A stretch of DNA of 63,712 nucleotides, counting the filler, from Reticulomyxa filosa (taxonomy: Eukaryota; Protista; Foraminifera), in the NCBI GenBank assembly GCA_000512085.1. It is 15 parts of 15 records of this genome, joined end to end, with 100 filler letters (N's around TTAATTAATTAA, not from the genome) between each part and the next. Parts side by side here need not be neighbours in the genome. Positions count along the whole stretch, not along the records: positions 52,855 to 54,251 come from ASPP01026829.1; positions 54,352 to 56,433 come from ASPP01012183.1; positions 56,534 to 57,790 come from ASPP01046857.1; positions 57,891 to 59,500 come from ASPP01024278.1; positions 59,601 to 60,775 come from ASPP01031496.1; positions 60,876 to 62,459 come from ASPP01029691.1; positions 62,560 to 63,712 come from ASPP01025427.1; 8 more parts are not named here. One strand, 5' to 3'. This document shows positions 52,855-63,712 of the stretch, piece by piece. The notes under the pieces are model-generated. The model worked only from the letters and a program-made list of their open reading frames with translations. It made no database searches and was not told the origin of the DNA. Both the position numbers and the translations under genes were made by a program. How positions within the stretch are numbered: position 1 is the first letter of the stretch; every line of letters starts with the position of its first letter.

Positions 52855-54190
52855 TTCCGGGTTTTTAAAAACCCGGAATTCAAACCCTTTCGGTTCCAAC
52901 TAGAGGGTGGTCCAAGGCTCCATAGATTTGCAACTGCCCATAGACGTTTTGCAGCTTCTTCATGGCAATACCGATTTCAAACACGCGTTCGACCATCGCT
53001 TTTCGATAGGTATGCTTTTGACATGCAATCATCAATCTCACCCATATGGAAATGCACTCTCCCAATTGTCGCAAAGCTATAATATTTGGTCCTTTGCTAC
53101 CTGTCCAATTCTTTATTCGTAATTCAATCCCATTTTTGCCCCCCCCCCCCCCTCTTCTTCTTGTTTCTCAAGATTACCACTGATATACGTATACGTACAC
53201 ACAGAGATGTGAAATCAATGTATACGTATACGTAACATTATTTTTTTTTTTTTAAGGAGAAAAAAAATTGGGGAAAAAAAAAAAAAAAACAAAGCTTTTC
53301 CCAAAAATTCAGGTGGCCGAATAGCTTTGAGTAACTTATCCATCATAAGTGTCAACTGGCCGGCAATGAGGGTTCCTTCTTGTTCCATGACAGTTGTCTG
53401 CCTTTCAATGAATGTAGATTTGGATCTGTTCCAAAGTGAAAATGAATGTCCCCGATGATTGGTTGCTTTCGTGTCACTCTTCGGCTGGATCATCGACAGC
53501 GACGACGTGTGTTTCGCCTGTTCATTGCCTTCTTTTAGCACATAGATTTCCAACAGCTCTTTCATATCGTTTTGTTGATATGCACATCTGCATGTATATG
53601 AGAGATCAACCAATCAAAAAAAAAAAGCAAAGTTTTTTTTTTTTTTTTTTTTTAATTGTTAAAAAAAGTTACTAGTTGTAATGCGAAACTGAAATTGCGA
53701 TAGAATGGTATCGAAAGATGAATCGCTAGGCTTTGGTACCGACAACTTTGCAGAGAGGACATTGGGCCACGGTGCAGGCACGAGCTTTATGCTCTTTCGC
53801 TTTTGCTCTTTCAAGAATTGGTCTCGATACGCTGCCAGCAATATCTGCGTGGCCGTGTGGCAGTATTGTGCTGAGGGCGGGGATGCCGACAACTTGATCA
53901 GCTTCGAAATGAACGAGTTCAGCGCTGTTCTTTCCGCACTGTTCGGTGGAAAATCTTCCCAAAGCAACTGAACCCATATTTTCATACTTTTTTTTTTTTT
54001 TTTGTAATCAAAAAAAAAAAAAAAGACAAACTTACAATATATACCATATATATATGTATATATATATATATGGTATATGTTGTAAGTTTGGGTGCGCTAA
54101 CGTGTTTATCATTTTAGGAATATTATACGCCAATTCCGGATGCTGAAGTGCTGTTTCAATTTTGGTTGCAATTGTCGTAATCAAACATCT
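52855..54190 (-). CDS. RasGEF (REM + CDC25 domain) internal fragment
   Basis: 'MKIWVQLLWEDF' (REM), 'LIAGQLTLM..KLLKAIRPPEFL' and 'ISIWV..I....RKAMVER..EI...KLQNVYG..QIYGAL'. Confidence 0.82.
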
Positions 54191-54393
54191 AAAGAAAATT
54201 TATTTTATTATTTTTATTTTTATTTTTATTTTTTTTTTTTTTTTTTTTTTTNNNNNNNNNNNNNNNNNNNNNNNNNNNNNNNNNNNNNNNNNNNNTTAAT
54301 TAATTAANNNNNNNNNNNNNNNNNNNNNNNNNNNNNNNNNNNNNNNNNNNNAGAGAAAAAGGAGGTAGATCACAATTCTACAACAGAATCATA

Positions 54394-55539
54394 TCATTTG
54401 TCAGGGTGTCGGAACTGGCATGAATTTCCGTACCGACAGAAACCTTTGGTGGACCAATGCCGACAAACAGGTAAAATTTTGTTGGCATTCTTTGCACGCA
54501 TTTTGAACTCATTAAGCAAAGTTTGCTATTATTGATTGTTTGTCATCTTTTTAAAAATTTTTTAAATTGTAAACAAAAAATTTAATCAACATACATTATT
54601 GCTTTCCGTTTGTTGATGATGAAACGCATAGTTTTCAAAAGCTGTCGCTTGTGTATCGCCTTTTCTTCCAAGGGCTGGCAGCAAATGTTTGACTAGAGTT
54701 GGATTTTGAAATGCAAAGGAGGCCAAGTCGACCACCATGTTAAACGTGTGATCGTCAACATTTTGGTTCAGTAGATGATTCGATTGAACCAAAGCTGTGT
54801 TTACTGCTTGTAAGATAGTTGTATTATTATTGCTTCCTTCAAAAGTGTTAATAGGCTCATTTTTTACGTTAGCTGTTAGTTGCTGACGTTCGTTATTCGT
54901 AACTATATTTCTTTGCTGAGTCTCTGTACCACTAGGAAAGGTGAATACTCTTGGATGTTGAGATACTTGTATTTTTGTAAGAAGATAAAAGCAAATCAAA
55001 AACAAAACGTCTTGATTATTTTTTTATAAATCAAAAAATTAGGGCTGACAAAAGCACTGTTTATACGCTTGGTTTGTTCGTTTTTTTTCACAAACTTGGA
55101 GTGAAACTGTTTAAAGGGCTTGGAACAGAGTGTGGAAGAGGGGGAATACAAAACGAATGAGGGGTGGCAGGAATATCATTCGAAAATTGACTTGACAGTG
55201 GTGACGGTGCAGGAAATTGCAAAGAACTACCTTTATTGAAAATCGGATCGGTTGGATTCATTGTATTGGAATCATCTGAGACACCAGTAAAAGATGAGAT
55301 TTGCATAAGAGTTGAATTAGTACTGCAAAAAGGCAACGTTGTTGGTGCTGTTTGAAATTATTTGTTTCAATTTTTTTTGTAGATACATTATAAATACAAT
55401 AAAAGGTAATAACAAATAATGTCAAATAACTAGTCAATTTTGTTTTGGAAACATGCCAATCCAGGTTTGCAGATGTTATTGATGAGCCGAAAAATTGATT
55501 TGTTGGCAAGTTGGCACTGTTCTGATTATTGCAAGCCAT
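54394..55539 (-). CDS. Low-complexity protein with a single C-terminal CCCH zinc finger
   Basis: A terminal exon not in the ORF track reads 'LPVCRHWSTKGFCRYGNSCQFRHPDK*' (C-x8-C-x5-C-x3-H). Upstream exons are S/P/N/Q-rich. Confidence 0.75.
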
Positions 55540-55956
55540 TTTTTTGTTTTTTTGTGGTATCAGCGCTGCAGTCCTACAACATTAAAAAAATGTCTCAAAT
55601 AATATCTCACTATAAGAGAAAAAGCTTGCAAATATTTTCATAATTTACTCATTTCTATTTTCTAGAGTTACAAGCAAAAACGTTTTGACTTCAAAAATAT
55701 AGACAAAAAGTAAATAACACAAACTGTTTTTTTTATGTAGTCGGATTAATCATTTTTAAACATTAACTTTAAAAAAAAGCATAAGTAAGTTGAACTTTCA
55801 AATAAAAAGCACAATTTAATAAGAAATTTATTAAAATTAATCATACATCTCTGCTTGAATGTGCACAACCTTTCTTGTTTTTTTTTTTTGTTGTCTAATA
55901 GACACGTTTAGGGACCAACTTCTTTTTATTAATTAAAGAATTGATTATTAAAAAAA

Positions 55957-56355
55957 ATGTTGGCACAAATAAACGAACAAAAAAAAGTAAAGAAGGATGC
56001 AAAGAAGCCACAACAAGTGATATTGACCCCACAGCAGTTGTCGACCTTTGTGCCAGAAGCAGTCAAATATATTTTGAACAAAGGAAAAGGAGAAGTGCCA
56101 CATTAGTTACGTGACCGTATGTTCGAAAAGGAAATTTGTCTTTCAAACAATGCAAAAAAAAAACAAATAAATGTTAGCACCCAGTTTTATTCTGCGGCAT
56201 TGTTCGCAGATGTAAGTGGATTTACAGATATGACACGAGTTCTGTCCCGTAAGGGGAGTTTGGGAACGAAACGTTAGCATCTTTTATCAATGCATATTTA
56301 TCCCAAATTGTGAAAGAAGTGTTGGGCGGAGGTGGAGACGTCATTAAATTTGCAG
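55957..56355 (+). CDS. Soluble-type (ADCY10-like) class III adenylate cyclase, N-terminal fragment
   Basis: ATG at 55957 reads '...LSTFVPEAV...'. After the intron at 56106-56177 it reads 'SAALFADVSGFTDMTRVL...G..TLASFINAYLSQIVKEV..GGGDVIKFAG'. Confidence 0.85.
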
Positions 56356-56533
56356 GCAAGCACATCCATATATAATACAATATATAAATAAAGAAATGCA
56401 CGTGCAACTGTCTTTTTTTTTTTTTTTTTTTTTNNNNNNNNNNNNNNNNNNNNNNNNNNNNNNNNNNNNNNNNNNNNTTAATTAATTAANNNNNNNNNNN
56501 NNNNNNNNNNNNNNNNNNNNNNNNNNNNNNNNN

Positions 56534-57790
56534 AAAAAAAAATTTTACTAGTAAAAAAATTTCTTTGAAAGTATTTTATTTGTCTTTGTTTCTGTTTTCG
56601 CCACAATCTTGTTGAAGACGAAAATCGTTAATATCGAAGATTAACTTCGAACTTCTTTCAGACTACTAGATGTTGCAGTATCTAGTTGTTCTGTGTTTTC
56701 CTTCCTTCAAAATACAACTTTTTTTCAAAAGTTTATCTAGATGATGAAGGATTATTTTATTTATTTATTTATTTTTTGATCCAAGAATCAACAGCGCAAT
56801 CCATTAACTGATTCCATAATTGCAATTTCAATCCAAGAATTTGTCGACATTTATCACTTCTTAAATTCAATGTTTCTATTTTTTATTTATTGATTCTGAT
56901 GCTTACAATAAAATCTGCTATCTTTCTTGCTTTTTTGAATTGGAATATCCTGGAGATCTCGACGACATAAGATACATGTTCTCCAAAATTCATTATATAA
57001 ATTGATGTCTTGATGTCTCCGATCGGAGCATCCCTGAAGGTGACAAATATGTGGTTGAACTGCGTGGAGATTCTGTTGATGTTATTTTGGAAAATCAATT
57101 CGTTCATTGACCATCTTCAATATCTTCCGAGGTATTAATTTTTTTTTTTTTAAAATTTGGTTTCCGGCCTTTCCTCGCGTTGTGCATCTGCGCATGTTAA
57201 TCCGCCATTTAGTTTTCCGGTCGACATGAGTGGACTGTATTTGGGCATCTTATCCTTCCCTTTTGTCCCGTGTCCCGATTGTGGCTTTTAGTTTGCCAAT
57301 GATAAATGAGGATATATATATATTATTTTTTTTGGATGTTACCAAGACCTCGTACTTTATATGGAGATAAATGTCTCAATGACTCAATATTTCTACCATC
57401 CCATAATGCGGCTCTTTGATTTTTGAACCACCAAGGTTTCTTCTGCATGGTTTGATAAAGATACTGAATCAGTAATGGATTTGATCATTAACAATTCATC
57501 AATTGATATTACACTATACTCTGAATCAATTTCAAAATGATGTAGCAATTGGAGGATAGATAATGATGACCAACCACATTTAGCATCAAAGCATCTTGGT
57601 CATCACCAGAATCAATAAATAAAAAATAGAAACATTGAATTTAAGAAGTGATAAATGTCGACAAATTCTTGGATTGAAATTGCAATTATGGAATCAGTTA
57701 ATGGATTGCGCTGTTGATTCTTGGATCAAAAAATAAATAAATAAATAAAATAATCCTTCATCATCTAGATAAACTTTTGAAAAAAAGTTG
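56534..57790. repeat. Mosaic repeat contig with an inverted repeat (arms 56715-56898 and 57607-57790), homologous to the 26503-28729 structure
   Basis: ~184-bp near-identical arms. 56560-56755 is the reverse-complement homologue of ~27815-28020. 56945-56985 resembles 28385-28420, and 57467-57515 resembles 27081-27180. Confidence 0.85.
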
Positions 57791-57890
57791 NNNNNNNNNN
57801 NNNNNNNNNNNNNNNNNNNNNNNNNNNNNNNNNNTTAATTAATTAANNNNNNNNNNNNNNNNNNNNNNNNNNNNNNNNNNNNNNNNNNNN

Positions 57891-59500
57891 AGTTCTTTAC
57901 AGTTAACTAAAATGAATAACCAAAGTTCACTTACACCATCTCCACAAAGATCCGATCGAACAGAACCGTTATCGTCTTCATCGGATAGGTCATTGTCACA
58001 AGATATTGACAACCAAGAACAATCTCCAACAAAAACAGTGATTCTATCGGATACGGAATCTTTATCTAGTCGTTCATCCGGATCTTCTCGTTCCCGGTCA
58101 CCAGATAAATCGGATATATCTGTAAATTTATTAAATAAATTTGAGGACGAGCAAGCATCAGCCACACTACCTCGCCCCTTGCGACAGCTAGCGCCATTTC
58201 CCGACGAATTTAAAAATAATTTTCAATCAAACGATCGCTTAATGGAACAATCAAATGATCAAGTATTGGAACAATCAAATGACCAAGTAATGGAGCAATC
58301 AAATGATCAAGTAATGGAACAACCAAATGATCAAGTATTGGAACAATCGATTGAATCAATGGAACTGTATAACAAAAAATATATAGAGCAATCATCAGAT
58401 AGTTAAGTATAGTTGTTTTGTAAATTTATTTATTATTTGAACACAAATAATAAAATTTTCATTAACTAAAATAATACGGACAGGAAACGATTTCCAACAT
58501 CAAGCTCTAAACGATATCGATATGGAAACACATAATAGCAGAAGAGCATTCGATATAATCGAGCAACAAATAACAATAATGATACCACCACTGACAACAA
58601 TGGAAGCTGATACATCACCACTGACAGCAATGGAAGTTGATACGCCACCACCGACTCCAATGCAAGTAGATTCACCTTGCCGATATGAGCCAAGTTATTA
58701 TTTGCTTTATATTTTTTGTTGTATTAAAATTGTTAATTTGTTCAAACAAAACAAAACAAAACCAAAAAATAGGAATTACATATATTCAACAACGCACCGA
58801 AAATGTTGATATTCCATTCTTCGAACCACCAGCACCAACGTCGAAAAACGAGATTGCATTTAGGCCAAAGATGTCATTATCACCAATTGTACCATCACAA
58901 CGCACATTAACGCAACCGAAGATATCACCACCAAAGATATCATTACCACGTATTACACCATCACCACGTACACCGAAACAATCAAGGGTACTGTCTCCAT
59001 TTGTGATAGCGTCACCACCATCGTATAGCCACATATCCCAGCGAAACCGAAGTGGCATGCCAGTGCGTAACAGAGAAGAACGGGTATACAAGACCCAAAA
59101 GATAATCATCTCCGACCGTTCGACGAAGAAGAACACATGTTGGAAGAATGAAGAACACATTGCCAAAAGTTAAGTAATCTATTTGTACTTTAGTTATTCT
59201 TATTTAGATATGAACATTAAATAGATTGATTATTGAATTTTTGTTTTTAGGACCAACCAAAGTTGAAATTAAAAATGAAAAGAAAGAAGTGAAGATGAAA
59301 CATCATTCTTCACAAAATAAAGGTATATTATATATTTTTTTAATGTTATTTTATTAAAAAAATTAAAAAATATAAAATTTATAGATGGATTGGTGACATT
59401 AATTGCTATATTGGCAATTATTATTTATATAATTAGTTTGGGATTTGCACTTCACTACAGTGCAAATGTCGCCATTCAAAAATGGCGACAACCACTCCCA
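57891..59500 (+). CDS. S/P-rich low-complexity protein with tandem repeats and a C-terminal TM helix (partial)
   Basis: Exons ~57891-58401, ~58483-58695, ~58773-59170, 59251-59322 and 59384-59500. The last encodes 'GLVTLIAILAIIIYIISLGFALHY'. Confidence 0.55.
58242..58348 (+). repeat. Coding 24-bp tandem repeat, (M/L)EQSNDQV about 4.5 copies
   Basis: ATGGAACAATCAAATGATCAAGTA units with small variants. Confidence 0.9.
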
Positions 59501-59600
59501 NNNNNNNNNNNNNNNNNNNNNNNNNNNNNNNNNNNNNNNNNNNNTTAATTAATTAANNNNNNNNNNNNNNNNNNNNNNNNNNNNNNNNNNNNNNNNNNNN

Positions 59601-60596
59601 GTCGCCATCGACACCTTCCTGAACCAGAAGGGCATCAACAAGGGCACCGACGAGAGCCGCAAGCTCTACTGCGTCTATGTCGCCATCGGCCAGAAGCGCT
59701 CGACCGTCGCCCAGATCGTGAAGACGCTCGAGGACAACGGCGCGCTGGAATATTCCATCGTCGTCGCCGCCACCGCGTCCGACCCGGCGCCCATGCAGTT
59801 CCTCGCGCCCTATACCGGCTGCGCCATGGGCGAGTACTTCCGCGACAACGGCATGCATGCCGTGATCGTGTACGACGATCTTTCCAAGCAGGCCGTTGCC
59901 TATCGCCAGATGTCGCTGCTGCTGCGCCGCCCGCCGGGCCGCGAAGCCTATCCCGGCGACGTGTTCTATCTCCATTCGCGCCTGCTCGAGCGCGCTGCCA
60001 AGTTGAACGAGAAGAACGGTTCGGGTTCGCTGACGGCGCTGCCGATCATCGAGACGCAGGCCGGCGACGTCTCGGCCTACATCCCGACCAACGTGATCTC
60101 GATCACCGACGGCCAGATCTTCCTCGAGACCGAGCTCTTCTATCAGGGTATCCGGCCCGCCATTAACGTCGGCCTGTCGGTCAGCCGCGTCGGTTCGGCC
60201 GCGCAGATCAAGGCGATGAAGCAGGTCGCCGGCACCATCAAGCTGGAGCTGGCGCAGTATCGCGAAATGGCGGCCTTCGCCCAGTTCGCCTCGGACCTCG
60301 ACGCCTCGACCCAGCGCCTGCTGGCGCGCGGTCAGCGCCTCACCGAGCTCCTGAAGCAGGGCCAGTTCTCGCCGATGCCGGTCGAGGAGCAGGTCATCTC
60401 CCTCTATGCCGGTACCCGCGGCTTCCTCGACACGCTGCCGGTGAACAAGGTCAACGATTTCGAGCATCAGCTGCTCGACGCGATCCGGGCCGAGGGCTCG
60501 ATCCTGGCGTCGATCCGCGAGAAGCGCGAGATCGTCAAGGAGACCGACGACAAGCTGAAGGCGTTCCTCGGCGATTTCGTCAAGAAGTTCGCCTAA
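59601..60596 (+). CDS. atpA: F1 ATP synthase alpha subunit, 5'-partial, bacterial
   Basis: [44 protein letters not shown] and [15 protein letters not shown]-rich codon usage, no introns. Confidence 0.98.
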   Translation, partial: VAIDTFLNQKGINKGTDESRKLYCVYVAIGQKRSTVAQIVKTLEDNGALEYSIVVAATASDPAPMQFLAPYTGCAMGEYFRDNGMHAVIVYDDLSKQAVAYRQMSLLLRRPPGREAYPGDVFYLHSRLLERAAKLNEKNGSGSLTALPIIETQAGDVSAYIPTNVISITDGQIFLETELFYQGIRPAINVGLSVSRVGSAAQIKAMKQVAGTIKLELAQYREMAAFAQFASDLDASTQRLLARGQRLTELLKQGQFSPMPVEEQVISLYAGTRGFLDTLPVNKVNDFEHQLLDAIRAEGSILASIREKREIVKETDDKLKAFLGDFVKKFA

Positions 60597-60613
60597 GGCG
60601 CTCGCAGGTTTAG

Positions 60614-60775
60614 ATGCCCAGTCTCAAGACCTACCGGCTCCGGATCCGAAGCGTCCAGTCGACGCAGAAGATCACGAAGGCCATGAAGATGGTGGCGGCC
60701 GCCAAGCTGCGGCGTGCCCAGGAGCAGGCCGCCGCGGCCCGCCCCTATGCGGAGTCCATGGACAAGATCCTGGCG
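60614..60775 (+). CDS. atpG: F1 ATP synthase gamma subunit, 3'-truncated, bacterial
   Basis: [34 protein letters not shown], starting 17 nt after the atpA stop, in operon order. Confidence 0.97.
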
Positions 60776-61176
60776 NNNNNNNNNNNNNNNNNNNNNNNNN
60801 NNNNNNNNNNNNNNNNNNNTTAATTAATTAANNNNNNNNNNNNNNNNNNNNNNNNNNNNNNNNNNNNNNNNNNNNGTGGAGCAACTGTGCTCCGATGGAT
60901 GGCAAATAGTAAGGACCTTCAAATAATGTGTAATATATTCTTTTTTGTGAAAACTCTGATTAAAAGTAAAAATCAAAACATTGGCATGCAAATCGGATTC
61001 GGGCATGTAATTACATGTCAGAGTGGCAGTGAATGATGGAGCTATAGTGACACCAGTGGTAAAAAGAAAAAATGGAGTTCTAGCCGTTTGTGGGCCAGAT
61101 TGAAACAAATCAACAAACATTAGAATTAAATTGATTAAATCACTCAATTGCAAAAAAACGTGATTGCTAATGGATT

Positions 61177-62459
61177 ATAAATTAATTTTTTTCTTTTTTT
61201 GTTGGAGGTTCAGCTTCACCATTTTCCGGTGAAACTTATTCGATTCTTTTATTAAACTCACGTTGTATTGCCTTTACTTCTTTAGTATTGTTGTTCGTGG
61301 TGTTGCAATTTTCATTGTTTACTGATCGTTTTGTGCTTATTTTTCCTTTGTTTCTGCGAATTTCCACTTGTCTATTCAAACACAGAAAATAAAAAGTGCT
61401 TATGCTCTTCAATTTTTTTCTTAACGCTTATACTGCATAATTTAGTCAGGATAAAAAAAAATCAAATGGCTAACCTTCCAAGATGTTGGCTGTCATTCAA
61501 TTGGCATGAACGTAATACTTCTTCATTGTTTGCATTGTTCATTCCACAAATGTCGGTCCACCAAAACAAAATATTTGTTATTTATGCACTTTTCCTTGCA
61601 TCTTAATTAAATTGTGTGTTAAGTTTTTGAGCAAAGACTAAAGCAAAATGATGAGTTATAGTTTTTTATGCAAAGATCTGGGATGTTAATAAATGGAGGC
61701 ATTTGATGATTTGTTTTTTTGAAAGGGAATATAAATTAGTACTTTTGACTGCATTGCATGTGGATTTTTGATTGTGTTTTTGTATATTTTTCAGAGTACA
61801 ATTCTTTCATTTTCATCAAATTTGTACTATTTTGTCTCTTTTTTATCAAGAAAAATATGAAGTATCATAATTTGAAATTCAATTTGTGCAAATTTATTAA
61901 GTAACTGATGAATGCGCAGCAAATAAATAAATAAAAAACTTAAAAAACACACTACATACTTTTTTTTTACAACTTCGTTATCAATTAGATCCCTTTTCCC
62001 ATAAAACAATAACAAAAAAAAGGAGTCACTATCAATATATATTTTTTTTTAAGCAAATAAAAGTTCAATATCCTCCCTTTTCCTCATTGAGACGTGCACT
62101 ACCACAAGAAGAAACAAGCCAAGAGACCCAGCGATATTTGGCTTTGACGACGCCATCAAGGATTAAGGCCATTTCTTCCAAAATGTGCACACACTAACAA
62201 AATGGTGAGAAAAGGCCACTATAAGTCACTTCTCAATTCACGCAGCAGCTCATTTGAATGCATTCCACAACGTCTAGTTTGGAAGCCAAAAGAAAAGTGT
62301 TTACAAAATGCTGGCAAAGACAAAGGTTTGATATGGCGACATTCTCCACAAATTCTTGACTTCCACGACATTTCCAAACTCATTTAATGGCTCATATTTC
62401 TTTGTGATCCGCTTCTCCAGCTCGTCGAAGAAGATCTGAATGAGTTGAGCCTGCTGGTC
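61177..62459 (-). CDS. 3' part of an unidentified multi-exon gene
   Basis: Higher-complexity exon-like blocks on the minus strand (e.g. 'DQQAQLIQIFFDELEKRITKKYEP', 'HILEEMALILDGVVKAKYRW') separated by AT-rich intron-like stretches. Confidence 0.3.
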
Positions 62460-63712
62460 NNNNNNNNNNNNNNNNNNNNNNNNNNNNNNNNNNNNNNNNN
62501 NNNTTAATTAATTAANNNNNNNNNNNNNNNNNNNNNNNNNNNNNNNNNNNNNNNNNNNNAAAACATCTTTTTTTTGTTGACAACGGTTTTTTTTCCTTCC
62601 ATGTCAATTAACAGTACTTTGTTTCTCAAAGTAGTTAAACGTTTTTTCTCTAAAAAAACTTTCTAAAAACATTTTTTTTGGAGTCAACAAGAGTTTTTTT
62701 TTGGTTTATTAAAAGCTTAGTTTAGAATTTCTGTTTGCAATGGGAATACTTAAAATGATGGCAAATGGATCATTACTACAAACAAAGTCGTTAATTTTGA
62801 GCAGAAGAGATAGTGCATTTGCGATTCATTGTGATACAACTTTCTAATCTAAGTGATAACGTTATTTTTTTAAACGGAATTTTACTTTAGAATTACTCCT
62901 CAAATAGAATTTTATCAAAAAAACAGGCAAAGTTTTATAACAAATTGACGATATATGAAGTATTTGTAATGTTGAAGAAAAATGCTCATATATAATTTTC
63001 TATGTTTTTTTCAAGCGTTTCTGCAGAAAAAAACGACAACGACGGAGAAAAGCTGACAAATAACAGGACATAATATTGTGGAACGACTAAAAAAAACGAA
63101 AGCTTTTTGATTTAGCACATTTTCTCATGTTATCAAATTTCAAGAAAGTATTGATGTTATTGTTTGGTGTAGCCTCGTATACTTTTTGATATCAGAATGT
63201 TCAACGTAAGACCCAGTAGTACTGACTCCAGTGGACATATACATGTCTTGCGGGGAATGTAACAGAAATGCCTAAAAAATTCAAGCTGCAACGGAAAAAC
63301 AAAAAAAAGCTGTTTTAACAAAGTAGTTTTTTTTAAAAAAAAGGGTGAACGAAAAAAGATAATATCAGATTAGAAGAGCCTAGAAAAATGACATTTTAAA
63401 AAACAAAAGTAGATATAAATATTCTTTCCTAAATGCAGTTTCTTCAACTGTGAAAAAAATAATTTATTCCATCCATGTTTTTTTAAAAGATGTCAATTAT
63501 GAATCTATGATAGATACATTTCATTTTTATTCGTTTGAATCCATGCATATTAATCTTCAAAATGAAACAGCATCAATCCAAATTTAAAATGGATTTCATT
63601 GAAACTAAAACAGTTTTACAATACAAATGTATTTCTTTACCAAAAAATTTGATAATCACGTATTTGACTTGTTTCTTCTCCAAAAAAAACTCTACATTAA
63701 TTGGAGTGACTG

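Noticed and set aside
46765-56433. Apparent signalling cluster (G-beta, Ras, RasGEF, adenylate cyclase)
   Set aside because: Only G-beta, the U-box gene and Ras share a contig. RasGEF and the cyclase lie on separate contigs, so their adjacency is an artefact of concatenation.
59553-60467. 304-aa minus-strand ORF
   Set aside because: Antisense shadow of GC-rich atpA.
3968-62559. Regularly recurring TTAATTAATTAA palindrome flanked by Ns (CRISPR-like or repeat-like appearance)
   Set aside because: It is an artificial six-frame-stop linker used to concatenate contigs.
62560-63712. Final contig
   Set aside because: AT-rich, with no ORF, repeat or RNA gene that I can support.
1-63712. Alternative genetic code (stop-codon reassignment)
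   Set aside because: Conserved genes end in standard TAA/TGA stops, and internal stops are explained by introns or transposon decay.

Overview
This window is not one continuous locus. It is 15 unrelated contigs joined by 14 identical 100-nt artificial spacers (N44-TTAATTAATTAA-N44), so adjacency across spacers means nothing. Fourteen contigs are AT-rich eukaryotic DNA with short spliceosomal introns. Their gene families (Kelch/WD40 proteins with an 'IIxxWxR...W..E..KIV' linker, PUB/ART-like proteins, intronless 7TM proteins) resemble what I recall of the foraminiferan Reticulomyxa filosa; this is an inference, not a search result. One 1.2-kb contig (59601-60775) is GC-rich bacterial atpA-atpG. 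Recognisable genes: 7TM receptor-like protein, Kelch-WD40 fusion, CUE-like/PUB/ART-like protein, ZIP zinc transporter, ORMDL, MFS transporter, kinesin-14, GT77-like glycosyltransferase, homogentisate dioxygenase, SAPS-domain protein, degenerate eIF4A-like DEAD-box protein, XK-related protein, G-beta, SAM/U-box E3, Ras, RasGEF, CCCH zinc finger and soluble-type adenylate cyclase. Mobile DNA includes a TA-flanked MITE, a decayed Tc1 transposon, an ~11-kb nest of rearranged LINE remnants and two related fold-back structures. The most interesting candidates are the CUE-PUB-pseudo-ART protein, a U-box/RING intermediate, an eIF4A pseudo-helicase, a LINE-derived composite/fold-back repeat family, and introns with poly-A rather than polypyrimidine acceptors. 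Many frameshifts fall in homopolymers and are probably sequencing errors. Exon boundaries were read by eye and are approximate.
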